Below, in pieces: positions 1-15,539 of a stretch of 64,000 bases of DNA. Under the pieces are notes generated by a model, which worked only from the letters and a program-made list of their open reading frames with translations, searched no databases and was not told where the DNA came from. Made by a program: the position numbers and the translations under genes. The stretch's first letter is position 1. Each line of letters opens with the position of its first letter. Origin of the DNA: Selaginella moellendorffii (taxonomy: Eukaryota > Plantae > Lycopodiophyta); assembly GCF_000143415.4 (NCBI RefSeq), contig NW_003314266.1, forward strand, positions 3,875,674 to 3,939,673, written 5' to 3'.

Positions 1-1716
1 CTTTTGATGTAAGTGTGAAATCAATGGGAGCTCTTCCAGAAATTAGCTCTAAGAGCACCACTCCAAATGCATGAACATCCGTTTTTTCATTGCCATATCC
101 ATGAACCATGTACTCTGGAGCCATATAACTACGAGCATTCACACATTTACAGTAAGCGAGTTTGTAAAGAAAATCTTACCCAAAAGTTCCAACGAGTCCA
201 CTGGTTGCCTCGTTACTCCATCTTGCAAAGCCAAAATCTGAGATTTGTGCATCAAAGTCATGAGAGAGCAATATGTTGGAACTCTTCACATCTTGATGGA
301 TTATATGATGAGGAGCAAGATTATGAAGGTGGTGAAGGCCTCTTCCAGCTCCAAGTGCTACTTTTTGTCTCTTTTTCCAGCTTAATACCTTTCTTTTACC
401 TGGAAAACATATTATAAAAATGAAAAAAAGAAAAGGAAATAACTGACCATAAAGATGATCTTGAAGGCTCCCATTTTGCAAAAACTTGTAGACCAGCAGC
501 CTGTGTGTTCCTTCAGAACAGAAGCCAATAAGCGATACCAGGTTCTGGTGACGAATGTAAGATATGAACTTGATTTCTCTTGAGAATTCTCGTTGACCGG
601 AGTTGCTATTTAGCAAATGTTTCACCGCAACAATGGTTCCATGTTGAAGAGTTGCCTTGTAAACATGAGAACAACCCCCACTTCCAACCAAGTTTTCTGG
701 AAAGATAAAAATAGTTTTGGAAAATATCGAATATAAATAATTTGGTTACCCATTGCAAAGTGTCCAGTGGCTTGGAGCAACTCCTCGTATGAGAATTCTT
801 TGACAGATACATTTTCTGATTTTGGATTTCTTGAGAGAGTTCGGTCTTTAAGCACCGTGGTGGGTGAGCCTGATTCTGAGGACCATGATAAATCAGAACT
901 TATATCAGCTGAGAAACTCAAGACTGTTTCCATAGAACATGAGCTTGATGATGCTCCGCTACTCCGTCTTGAGTTTTGGCTCTCTTCCTTTTCCAACTTA
1001 TTCTCCTTTTGAAGTAAGGATTTTAGTGTGTGATCTTTGCCTTTAAAACAAAATCATTAACAAGAGAAGCAAACGATATCTATACTCACAATTAGCACAA
1101 CCAGATTTGACTTGCATCACTTTTCCCTTGCGAACGACCATGACAGAACAGTAGGAAGGTAAATTTCTTACACAAGTTTTTCCAATTTTGCTCATGGTCC
1201 TGAACAAAGAACCACAGATTTTTATGATGTAAACCGAAAACAAACCTGGAAATAAATTGCCTTTGCGAATTCCCAAGAACAACCAATGTTGCTTTGATTT
1301 TTCTGGCCTCTTGAACGATTCCATTGCAAATATCTGAGCTCTGGACTACTACTGATGAAACAGTCACCTGTTTTTTACAAATGCATCAATAGAAATTCAC
1401 ATGTAAAACTCAAACCTTTGGAGTTCTCAAATGAATGTCAAGCAAAGCTTGACAAATGGCCCTGTCGAAAGATAATCCAGCTTGATACCTTTGCAAGTCC
1501 TCTGTAGTAGCTTTGAAGAAATAAGAGGCACTTGAAACTTGAGTGAAATTATTTACCTGAGCTTTGAAACACATGCAAGAAAGTGATGTGATCTTTCCTC
1601 TGTGCAAACTTGGATAACAAGAGCTTGAGAATTCCATGAATCTCGCCAGTTTCCTTAACAGCCACCAAGATTCTAGCACTCGAATTGAGAAACTGCTTCA
1701 ACCTTTTAGATCCCAT
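1..1716 (-). CDS. USP-domain receptor-like cytoplasmic kinase (multi-exon, 3' end beyond window start)
   Basis: N-terminal USP-like segments (ILVAVKE...ITFLHV; [17 protein letters not shown]), Ser-rich linker, then kinase motifs [48 protein letters not shown]|YMAPEY. Start taken as the first ATG (MGSKRL). Confidence 0.8.
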
Positions 1717-2324
1717 TTTTTCGATTATGGAAAGATTCACTACTCTTTCGTCGCCTTCTTCGTTGACACCGTCCAAAATGCAGGCCAAGCCAAGACACCT
1801 GCCGGCAGAATCGAGGATTTTCTCTCTTGATCTGAAAATGTAGCTCTACAAATGGAGAGGAAGAGTGAAAGATTGCTAGAACTTGAAGATCTTTTCCATG
1901 CTTTCATCATTGCAAAAGTTAGGAGCACAAATCTTTGTGACTTGAGGCTAAAGCCAAGAAAAAAAACAGATTATCTTAGAAAAAACAGTGTGAATATACC
2001 ACAAAGACTTGAGAGCATCATTCAGAGCACTAACACTCAAGAGCCAAGGACTCTCTCCTTGTTGGAATCGCACACACGCTCAAAGTTTCCTTCAAACTTG
2101 AATAAATAACTCTTACATAGAAAAACTTGACAACAGTGAAGACAATGCAACACTATAGCTCAATATATAGTCCTTCACAAAAGACTCAACAATAAGATGA
2201 GAATGTGAAGACGTAAACTAAACGAAACCTTTTCGTCAAGATTTGGTCAATCCTAAAATCATGCTTGGATATTCTTTTAGAATATTTTACGATTTAGCCA
2301 CGTGGAAACTATATCTAACGACGC

Positions 2325-2768
2325 TCACTCGACCACGTGGACAGCCCAGAAAACATCCAATGTGCCCGCGACAAGTGGCACATCGCTGTTCCTCCATGGC
2401 GGTGTGCCCCCGTTGCCTCGCAGGAGCGATCCATCGCGCGTCCGCAGCGCGATCAATCGATTGGGCACAATCTCCTCGGGCTTCCAGTCGCAGAGATCGT
2501 CCGATTTGGTGGGATTGGTCTGGATCACCTTCTTGCCCGTCATTCCCAGCAGAAAAGGGGTGCGCGATCCAGTGAGATAGCAATTGTAGCAGCTCCTCAG
2601 GCGAATCCTCTCCCCATCGCCCATCATCACGCGTCTCACCTCCCAGATCGCATTCTCACTGTCGCTCTTGCGGCTCTGGGACACCCCGCGCTTGTCATCG
2701 TCCGCCCACAGGAACTTGCCGTGGCAATTGCTTAGCTTCACCTTCCTGGCGCCGTCGAAGAACTCCAT
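2325..2768 (-). CDS. DUF569 / actin-crosslinking-like protein
   Basis: MEFF..ARKVKLSNCHGKFLWADDD..VSQSR, IRLRSCYNCYL, PFLLGMTGKKVIQ, LRGNGGTPPWRNS, all characteristic of plant DUF569 proteins. Single exon. Confidence 0.85.
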   Translation of the reverse strand: MEFFDGARKVKLSNCHGKFLWADDDKRGVSQSRKSDSENAIWEVRRVMMGDGERIRLRSCYNCYLTGSRTPFLLGMTGKKVIQTNPTKSDDLCDWKPEEIVPNRLIALRTRDGSLLRGNGGTPPWRNSDVPLVAGTLDVFWAVHVVE

Positions 2769-2916
2769 CGATCGAAGTCTCGATCCCGCCCAGCTCGATC
2801 GAGCTCTGTGCGAGCAGGACCGATCGATAGACCCAGAGACCTAAGCCTCTGAAGAAGAAAAGAGCGTGAAGCTTCCTCTTCCCGCGTTGCTATGCTGGCC
2901 AGACACGTCACTAACG

Positions 2917-3600
2917 CTATTCTGACGTGTCATGACGCGTCACTTTACCGTTATGATGCGCCCGTGTTCCAGGAAAAATCTGTCGCTCATCCTCTAAAAC
3001 AGTATCCTCCGTGACTAAATCCTGTAACAAGCCGATCGCGGAGCTAAGATCGACCCCAAGAATCTCGCCAAAGCCCTGTGCCTTTGCCGCAAACCATCGC
3101 CTGTCGGGCAGCCTCGAGTCGATCTCCTGGAAGCAGCAAGCGCTCAATTCCTGGAGGCCCTCCAGAACTTCTCTCGCCCTCTTGAGCGACTCGCGAACAG
3201 CATCACCGTGGCGACTCGCGGCATTAGCAGCCAAACCCAAGAGCTCCATCGCGAGAGCTCTGCACAGACTCATACTCGTTCGATGATCGAGGTGCTGGGC
3301 TCCTGGATGCGATTGGGTTTGATCATCATCGGCGCCTAGTTGCGGAGCCTCTGGGACTGGGCTGTGCTCCAGGATCATCCATATCCTGGACAGTGCGAGC
3401 ACGCAAATGGCGGTGGAGAGAAAGAGGGGGAGGAAGAAGAGGATGGTCTTGTGTAAGATTATGATGCTGGCTAGCAATGCTATGCCAGTTGCTAAGCGAT
3501 TCTCACCAAGGAATGCTGAGACCTTATCCAGCGCTGTTTCTTCCTCCTCCTCGTCTTCCACTTGTTTTCCAATTTCCATGATCTTGGTCGGTGGCCACAT
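2917..3600 (-). CDS. hypothetical membrane protein
   Basis: 227-aa ATG ORF with an acidic N-terminus and two hydrophobic segments; no recognisable family. Confidence 0.4.
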   Translation of the reverse strand: MWPPTKIMEIGKQVEDEEEEETALDKVSAFLGENRLATGIALLASIIILHKTILFFLPLFLSTAICVLALSRIWMILEHSPVPEAPQLGADDDQTQSHPGAQHLDHRTSMSLCRALAMELLGLAANAASRHGDAVRESLKRAREVLEGLQELSACCFQEIDSRLPDRRWFAAKAQGFGEILGVDLSSAIGLLQDLVTEDTVLEDERQIFPGTRAHHNGKVTRHDTSE

Positions 3601-4220
3601 TGACTCGATACGTTCTAATGTTTTCGAGAAAAGTATATACTCGTTTGAACATGCGGTAAAGATCCTGCCACGTATGCTACAAAGGACGGTTTTGGATCTG
3701 AGCCGCTAATTCAAAAATCATAATCACTTTTAAATGGATATCCATGCAAAAGGATGAACTCGAACCTTTTTTTGGAAAAGGATAAACTCGACATTTCCTG
3801 CTATATATATGTTACGATTGTGGTTTGATTAAAGGAAAGATGGAAGGCTACTTTACTGTGGAAGAACTAATGGCGAGACGAAGGAAGGGAATTGAGAAGT
3901 GGAAAGTTTTGTTCACGCCCGAACAAATCCTGGAGAAGAGACGCCTGTGGGAGCAGCAAAATCACGAAGACTACATGGAAGAAATTGGCGACCAAGACAA
4001 GGATACACAAGGCCAAGAGTTTAATCTTATAAGAGCTTCACAGTCTCATCATGTCTTTGTGACTGTTGTCAAGTTTCTAGCGAAACTTTTTTCCATGCTT
4101 GTAAAATACGAAGGAAACTAGCACAACTCGATAATATAATACTCTAAGTTGATGATCCAGTTGATGGATCCGATCTCACCGCAGAAGTTCTCGCAAGTTC
4201 TTCATCGACTATGAGCTGCC

Positions 4221-6269
4221 TCATTGCGTAGATAAGAGATCGAATTCATCTTCTAGAACTTCCTTGGTATCTGGATCGTAGCATGCGTCCTTTAGAAGCG
4301 AGTTAAGTCGGATTATCTTCTCGAATCGAGGATGATGCGAACGATCACCACTCACAAACCTGTGCACGGATCCATCCTCCAGCCTCAGCAAGCTCTCTCC
4401 AGCTTGCTTCTTCACGCCTCGTTCGTTCATCAATCCTCTCACTCTCTCGGCCTCGTCGTGCATCCCAAGCTTTCCAAAGATGTTGGAGAGAAGAACGTAA
4501 GTTCCTCCATTGCTTGGCTCGAGCTCCAGGACTTTCTCGGCCGCGTACGATGCTCGTTTCACGTCGAGATGGATCTTGCAAGCTCCCAGCAAGCTCCCCC
4601 AGGCCGCAAAGTCTGGACGATAAGGCATGGTTTCGACGAGCTCTAGCGCAGCTCCGAGCTTTCCAGACCGTCCCAGGAGATCGATCATCAGCCAGTAGTG
4701 ATCTTTGAGAGGCTGGATCCCGTGGTCACTGCTCATCGACGTGAAGAGCTCCCAGCCTTGCTCTAGCAATCCACCATGGCTGCAACCATAGAGAACGCAA
4801 ATAAAAGATATCTCATCGACTTCCAGGCCTTCGAGCTCCATAGTTTGAAAGCTCGCTAAGGCGGCTCTTGCATGTCCGGCGTGAGCGTGAGCGGCCACCA
4901 GCGAGCTCCACGCTACGTGATTCTTCTCGGGGATTTTTTGAAACACCTGCTCGGTGCCTTGGACGTGACCAACTTGAGCGTAAGCTCCCAGAATTGTATT
5001 GCAAGCCATGGAATCCACGCTGGGCATTTTCTCAAAGACAAACTTCGCTTCTTCCAAACGACCATTTTGGATGTAGCCCCGGACGAGAGAAGTCCACGAC
5101 ACGTTACACCGGTTTGGCATCGCAGCAAACAGTTCTCTTGCGAGGACTAAGTTTCCAGCTTGAGTGTAGGCCGTGACCATCGCATTCCATGAGACTGTGT
5201 TCTTCTCTAGACAACGATCAAACATCTCTCTTGCTTTTTCTAGGCAACCATTTTGAGCGTAGGCAATCAGCATTGTGTTCCACGACATGGTGCTGTGCTT
5301 GCTCATTCGATCGAGCATCGCTTTCGCTTCTAGAATCCTCGCGTTCTTCCCGTAAGCCAGCATTAGAGACGTCCACGACATGACACTTCGCTGTGGCATC
5401 ACGTCAAACACCAATTTTGCTTGCTCCAAATCGCCATTCTCGGCAAGAGCGTGCAAGAAGCTCGCCCAAGATATCAAATCCCACTTTGCCATTCTCACAA
5501 ACATCTCCTTTGACCGTTTTGCATCACCTTTTTCTCCATACGCGGCCGCTAAAGCGTTCCAAGACACTTCGTTTCTTTCAGGCATTCTTTCAAAAGTTAA
5601 CTTTGCAAGCTCTAAATGCCCAGAATGGGCATAAGTTTGGAGCATAGTAGTCCAAGAGACGACATTAGGCTCCGGCATTTTATCAAACACTTTCTTTGAC
5701 TTTTCAACATCTCCAGAAAACGCGTAGGCTTGCATTAACGTTGACCACGTTATAACGTTTCCTTGCGGCATCTTATCAAACGTAGTCTTGGCCTCCTCCA
5801 AATGCCCGCTTTGGGAATATGCGTAAAGCATTGAGCTCCACGATACAACTTTTCTTCCTTTCATTCCATCAAAGGTTAGCTTTGCGTTTTGGAGCTGACC
5901 ATTCTGTGAGTAAGCGTTTATCATTGTTGTGCACGAGACTTCGTTGGGATGAGCCATGGATTCGAAGAAACTCTTGGCTTGATCCAAGCACCCGTTTCGT
6001 GCTAACGACGCGAGCATGATGTTGTGAGAGATGAGATTTGGGCTGCGAATGCTGTGGAAGAGCTGCTGCGCATCTTCGAGGCTGCCACACTTGCCATACA
6101 TGTCGAGCAAGAGATTGGCGAGGTAGAGGCTGCGCCTATGATCGCTGTGGAGAATCCGCGAGTGGATGCGCCGGCCCTCTGCAAGATCCCTCGATTTCGT
6201 GCAGGATTTGACGAGATCCGCGTAGAAGAACACCGATCGCCTCGCGAGATCGCCGGAGGAGACACACAT
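4221..6269 (-). CDS. PLS-class pentatricopeptide repeat protein with E/E+ extension (RNA-editing factor type), no DYW domain
   Basis: Intronless 682-aa ORF with ~31-aa repeats (VVSWTTMLQTYAHSGHLE..FERMP), then E domain (WGSLLGACKIH...YVLLSNIF...GVKKQAG) and E+ (VHRFVSGDRSH). It ends before any HxE/CxxC DYW motif. Confidence 0.95.
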   Translation of the reverse strand: MCVSSGDLARRSVFFYADLVKSCTKSRDLAEGRRIHSRILHSDHRRSLYLANLLLDMYGKCGSLEDAQQLFHSIRSPNLISHNIMLASLARNGCLDQAKSFFESMAHPNEVSCTTMINAYSQNGQLQNAKLTFDGMKGRKVVSWSSMLYAYSQSGHLEEAKTTFDKMPQGNVITWSTLMQAYAFSGDVEKSKKVFDKMPEPNVVSWTTMLQTYAHSGHLELAKLTFERMPERNEVSWNALAAAYGEKGDAKRSKEMFVRMAKWDLISWASFLHALAENGDLEQAKLVFDVMPQRSVMSWTSLMLAYGKNARILEAKAMLDRMSKHSTMSWNTMLIAYAQNGCLEKAREMFDRCLEKNTVSWNAMVTAYTQAGNLVLARELFAAMPNRCNVSWTSLVRGYIQNGRLEEAKFVFEKMPSVDSMACNTILGAYAQVGHVQGTEQVFQKIPEKNHVAWSSLVAAHAHAGHARAALASFQTMELEGLEVDEISFICVLYGCSHGGLLEQGWELFTSMSSDHGIQPLKDHYWLMIDLLGRSGKLGAALELVETMPYRPDFAAWGSLLGACKIHLDVKRASYAAEKVLELEPSNGGTYVLLSNIFGKLGMHDEAERVRGLMNERGVKKQAGESLLRLEDGSVHRFVSGDRSHHPRFEKIIRLNSLLKDACYDPDTKEVLEDEFDLLSTQ

Positions 6270-6320
6270 GAAACATTTGGCGCCAGAAAATTTTCATAAC
6301 ATTATTTCGTAAATAGCATA

Positions 6321-7857
6321 TTAGCGCTTTAGCACTTCTAGCGGAGTTTTCGCCCAGTTCACAGTCCCAGTGGTTTCTTCAACTCCATACTCTCGCCCCG
6401 GGATGAGCGCCCACTCAAAACGATGGATCAAATTTGCTAGTACGAGCTGGACGTTCCTAAGGCCAAGGATCATCCCGGGGCAAGTTCTTCGCCCGGATCC
6501 AAAGGGAATGAGCTCAAAGTTTTGTCCTTTGACGTCAATCCTGGAGTCTCCAAGGAATCTCTCGGGACAAAACTTTGTTGGATTCTCCCACACATTTGGA
6601 TCTCTTCCAATGGCATATAAGTTGACAATGGTTGTGGTTCCTTTAGGAATGTCAAAGCCTGCGATTTTGCATTCTACAGTTGACTTGTGGGGAACCAAGA
6701 GTGGTGCTGGTGGATGGAGCCTCATTGTTTCTTTGATCACAGCGTTCAAATAAGTTAACTTCGGAAGATCACCCTCGTTGACTGTAGAGTTGGTCAAGTC
6801 AACGAATTTGACTAGCTCTTCTCGGGCTTTAACCATGGTGTGTGGATTGAGAAGAAGTTCCATGAGTGCCCATTCAATGCTCGAGGCACTTGTATCTGTT
6901 CCTCCAGCAAGTAATTCCTGAGATAACAAGAAAGGAGGATAATATTAACTTAATAAGCTCGAGAAACTTTAATCATACCATTGTGAGTGCTTTGACCGTG
7001 TTCTCAGCTTTAAGTGACTGCTTGTTTGATGAATCTGTGAAGCTTTCCAGCAAAACATCCATAAAATCTTTGGTCTTTCTCGAGTTTTTGCTTCTCTTGT
7101 GCTCTTGGACAATTTGCTGCATAAACTTGTCTGACTTTGCTTGGAGAATTTTCACCTTTGGAATGTTCCAGTCGATCCACCTCAAATAAGACGGGACAAA
7201 CTCACTAATATGAAACTTGAGAGCCATCTCTACAGTCTCGATTGAGACCTTCTTGAATTCTCTGGCTTGATCAGCATCCAGCAAAGCTCCGTTCTCGCAG
7301 AAGAATCTCTTGCTCATCACAGTCTCAGTCATAACGTTAAAACCATACGTGATCAGGAGATTTCTCATATTGATCACGCCAGTCGTATTCTCAATAGTTG
7401 ATATCATTCGAGAAATCTCCTCCTTTCTCACCCATTCAAACGAGTCAATTCGATTTATGGTGAAGAGCTCCGTGGCACACAACTTTCGCAAGTTCTTCCA
7501 GTGCTCACCACCAGAAGTGAATCCCATTCCGCAGTAACCATATGAGAAATACTCTCCAACGAGAAAGTAAGGCCTGGAAGAAAACTTTGCATCGTGTGTC
7601 TTGAGAATCTCTCTCGCCATATCGGGGCTGCTCACCACTATAGTTGGAACCATTCCCAGCTTGAGATAGAGAATTGGGCCATATTTATTCGAGAGAACCT
7701 GGAGAGATTGGTGAGCCATTCTTGTTAAGAGATGGAGATGGCCGATCAAAGGTAGGCTCAGTGGGGATGGAGGCAATCGCTGGCGAGTAAAACTCAATCT
7801 CTTCGTCAGGAAAAAAAGCACCAAGAACACGAGAACTCCACCAAAGATGGTCGCCAT
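6321..7857 (-). CDS. cytochrome P450, CYP71 clan (2 exons; intron 6918-6978)
   Basis: N-terminal TM, LPPSP hinge, AGGTDTS I-helix, ETMRLHPP, CPERF, FGSGRRTCPG heme motif. One GT-AG intron at the usual A-type position. Confidence 0.95.
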
Positions 7858-7939
7858 TTTGTGGTAATATACTCGAGAAATGACTGCTTCTACAAGCTCC
7901 CCTTAAGGTGGCCTCTTATAGTTTCCACGTTCAAACTTA

Positions 7940-8180
7940 GCGGCATGCAAATTAAACTCGAATACATCAAGAACGTTCTTACGAGCTTCGTGAGCAGTTT
8001 CCTTTCGGGAGAAAGTCAGTGGTCAACAAAACGTTTTGAGGAGTCTGATTTTGTCCATTTCGGACGCATGGCGTACTGCGATTGTGCCACGTCTCTTACA
8101 TGCAGTTATTTCTGCGGACTCCTTACAAGTTCGAGAATTCTTTGAATAAAAGTTCTTTCTTCTCTTTGAATGGTCTATAG
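7940..8180. promoter_or_regulatory. P450 upstream region with RY (CATGCA) and ABRE-like (GCCACGT) elements; inverted paralogue of the cupin promoter
   Basis: CATGCA at 7944 and 8099, GCCACGT at 8086. Region 8040-8170 aligns to the reverse complement of 15075-15250. Confidence 0.55.
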
Positions 8181-8189
8181 AGTGACCAT

Positions 8190-8355
8190 TCAAAGTGTTT
8201 CAAGGATTTGAAGCCCAGGGAGCTCAAAAGTGTGTTCGGGATGGGTGACCATGAAGACGCCAGCATTGCCGCTGGAAGAATCAGTATGAAGCCGAGTCTT
8301 TTTTATGCCGGCATACGTCGATAGTGATGAACCCAATGGACAAGACGAACGTTGT
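8190..8355 (+). pseudogene. deleted remnant of the 11S-globulin-like cupin gene
   Basis: aagtgtttcaaggatttgaagccc...gacgccagcattgccgctggaagaatc...atgccggcatacg matches the reverse complement of 14820-14990 with internal deletions. Confidence 0.85.
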
Positions 8356-8377
8356 GACGCTGTGTAGGGATATACGC

Positions 8378-8435
8378 AAACGTTACACGTACAAGGACTA
8401 AGTTTCCAGCTTAACTGTAGGTCGTGATCATCGTG
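8378..8435 (-). pseudogene. PPR gene fragment
   Basis: acgttacac...aggactaagtttccagctt..tgtagg.cgtga.catcg matches 5101-5182 in the same orientation. Confidence 0.75.
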
Positions 8436-9021
8436 ATCCTGTGCCTTGGCCGACGCGAGATGCTCTAGGCTCGTTTCATGGGCTACAGTGTGAATCCTGG
8501 GGCGACTGCACAGACCATAAATCGGATTTTTTCTTAGAAGATTCTACGCGTGGATTTTAGAGGGCAATCAAGGTGGTCACTCCTTACTTCCAGATTTTTT
8601 TGGGAGCGAGCCCAGCTTCAGGCGAACGCACGCAAAAGTTATGCAAACCAGAAGGGGTGTCACTCTGGGAGGTTGATGACCGATTGCAAATGTAGAGATC
8701 AAAACTAGCTTTACAACAGCATACTTTTCATGGACAAGAATCATGAGCAAAGTTTTGTCTTATCAAAAACATCCTTATATAGTCCTTAGATTATGTTTTG
8801 TTGTTGATATCATAAAATATTATTGTATTACAGGTGGCAAATTTAAATGACCAGTTAAATGTAGGAGTTATATAAAAAATCATTTTATAAAGGTGGAAAA
8901 TTAATATTCTAGCATATTCTGGGAGCTTACGTTCAAGGCACAAACAAAGAAATACCCCCAAGCATCGAGCTCGGTGGTGACGGCTCAAATAGCAATCTTT
9001 CAAACTATAGAGCCCTTCTTT

Positions 9022-13072
<4,051 letters not shown>

Positions 13073-13475
13073 TTCAAACTAGAGTAACACCATTTGAAGC
13101 AATTCCTCTTCTTCCTCCTCCTCCTCCTCCTCTGCTTCTTCTCCTTGTCGCGCCTAGGAGATGGGAACAAAGGCTGAGACTAGCCCAAAACAAAAAAAGT
13201 TTTGCTCACCAGATCACAAGCAGCGCATTCCCAACGCGGTCGCTTCTTGATCCTGTTGCTCCGGCGATCCAGCAGTGGTCATCCATCTCCCTCGGACTGT
13301 CCGCGAGCCGCTTGTCGCCTAGCACCACCATTCCAGCGGATATGCCCGCCCTGGGCATCATAGAACCCTAAAATGCCCCCTTTCAAAAGTATACTCGAAT
13401 ATCCTCATTGTTTTATTGATAGGTTCTTATTGCGATGGAAGCTCAAGTCCAAAGACTTGAAGTTTGCAGCTGTGA

Positions 13476-15066
13476 TCATGGCTGACCGCTAGTTTTGGGA
13501 GGCACAATGACCATGCTAGTGCTTCCAGATTGCTGGAGTGTTTTGGCGATGGAAGGATCGATGTTAAACGCTGTGGACACTACGTCTTGCGGCATGGCGC
13601 TATAGACGGAATTGTTCCCGGCCAAGAACGACACAATTGGCCTGAGTTGAAACAAGCAATCCAAAAAAGGCAAAGAATGCCAAGGATTGTTAGAATGATC
13701 CCAGGCATTACACAAACAATAAGAGAGCTTGGACGACGACTTACGTGTGGGTGGTGAGAATGGAGACAAAGTCCATTCCATTAGGACCAGCGATGGCGGT
13801 CGAGGGGAACGTTTTGGGGATGACAGCCACGGAACCCTCCTGGAGATCCAAGTCGAGAGCCCGATCACCAAAGCTATTCACGACTTGGAGCTTGCCGTTT
13901 CCTGTGTGCACGTAGATAAATTGGTGGCCATTGAGGAACCAGTTTGGAGCCACCATTGCACCCTGAAAATTAAAATAAAAATCATAACAAGGAGATAAAG
14001 GTGGTACCTTGCTCAATCGCACACATTCAGCACCCAACCCAACGTATTTAAGGATTGGCATCTTGAGGCTGTTGAGCTCACGAACTTCGCCACCTCGATT
14101 GACCTGGTAATCAGGAGTGGCATCTGCATAGTGGTAGACAAAACCTGCATTCTTCTTGCTCTGGCCTTGATCTTGCCCAGTGCCTGGGTTTTGGCTTTGA
14201 CGGTTCTGATCCTGGTCCTGGCCCGATGAACTCTGGTTCTGGTTTTGGCTTTGGCTGCCTGAGTTATCCCTTGAAAGATGATCAGACATGAATTTGGAAG
14301 ATTTGGGTGGCATGACCAATCCACTCACTTGCTGACTCTCAAGGATCTTTTTCACAACCCCTTCTGAAGTCTCCCAAGCCTGAGAAAGGATCTTGCTGCT
14401 GAATCCCCGGACAACGCTTCCAGATCCACCCTTCTCCTTGCCTTTGTTTCCAGCCAAGAAGAACACCTAAAACAAAAGTGTCAACTTTTTGCAAGGATTT
14501 CAACAAGTATATATTGTCACCTTTTCTGAGATGCGCTCAACGTTGAGCTTCATATCTCCCACACAGATGACAATCGCGTCGCTGGCTCCATTATTTCGCC
14601 ACCATGTTGCAACACCCGGAGGAAGAGCCACAACATCTCCTTTGTCGAGCTTGTAAACGTTCTCCTTGTTGTTCATATTCATTGGGTTGATCACTCCAGC
14701 ATCCACATTTCCTGGTTTTCATTACAAACATCAATGGATAAAAACATATATGCACGAAAATCTAAAATCCTTGGAAAATGGGGATCAAACCTTGGATTAC
14801 GACTTTAATTGCCGGGATATCCACGTATGCCGGCATAAAAAACGCTCCCGGCTTGATTGTGATTCTTCCAGCGGCAATGCTGGCGTCTTTCATGGCAGGA
14901 AATGATTCCCCTGTCCACATCTCGATCATTCCCCCATTTCCTCGGAACACAGTCTTGGGCTCCTTGGGCTTTAAATCCTTGAAACACTTGACATCCTCGA
15001 ATGGATCGCTGCAACAGCAGCAGCAATCGCCAAAACCAGGAAAACCACTATAAATCTCGCTGCCAT
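13476..15066 (-). CDS. 11S globulin/legumin-like bicupin storage protein (apparent 1-nt frameshift after the signal peptide)
   Basis: Signal peptide MAARFIVVFLVLAIAAAVA. Cupin motifs GDVVALPPGVATWWRNNG, VFFLAGN, RGFSSKILSQAW, LNSLKMPIL, GAMVAPNW, SFLAGNNSV. The ATG frame stops at about 14970 unless it shifts near 15007. Confidence 0.85.
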
Positions 15067-15539
15067 CTCGATGAATCCAACGAGAAGAAAGAACTTCTAT
15101 TAGAAGAATTCAAGAACAACAAGTCAGCATGGTATGTTTCAAATAAATGTATTTATACCGCAGATAGGATGCATGGGTTAATCATGTAAGAGACTTGGCA
15201 CAACCACAGTATGCCACGCGGCAGAAATGGACAAAATCCTAGACTCCAGGTGAAAAACACCGCTTCCAGTTAGGTAGTCACAAGATGTGTAAGAGCAGCG
15301 AAGAGCGGTCACATTTTGCCGCGGTCCACAATCTACGACGTTTCTTGTCACCACCTTTAAGTTCGATTAACTTTCTCCATAAAGGAAATCCGCTCGAAGC
15401 TCAAACGATATGGGCGTGAAATCAAGCAAATCGTAAGATTATTCGTTCGCAAGTCCAGTTTAAATTGTGTTGCCACGAATTTTGTACCTGGAAGTTATAA
15501 GAGGACATAGAAACATTTTTTAAGTTCTGACGAAGAGGA

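Noticed and set aside
3825-4121. 98-aa plus-strand ORF
   Set aside because: Short, with no recognisable motif or splice support.
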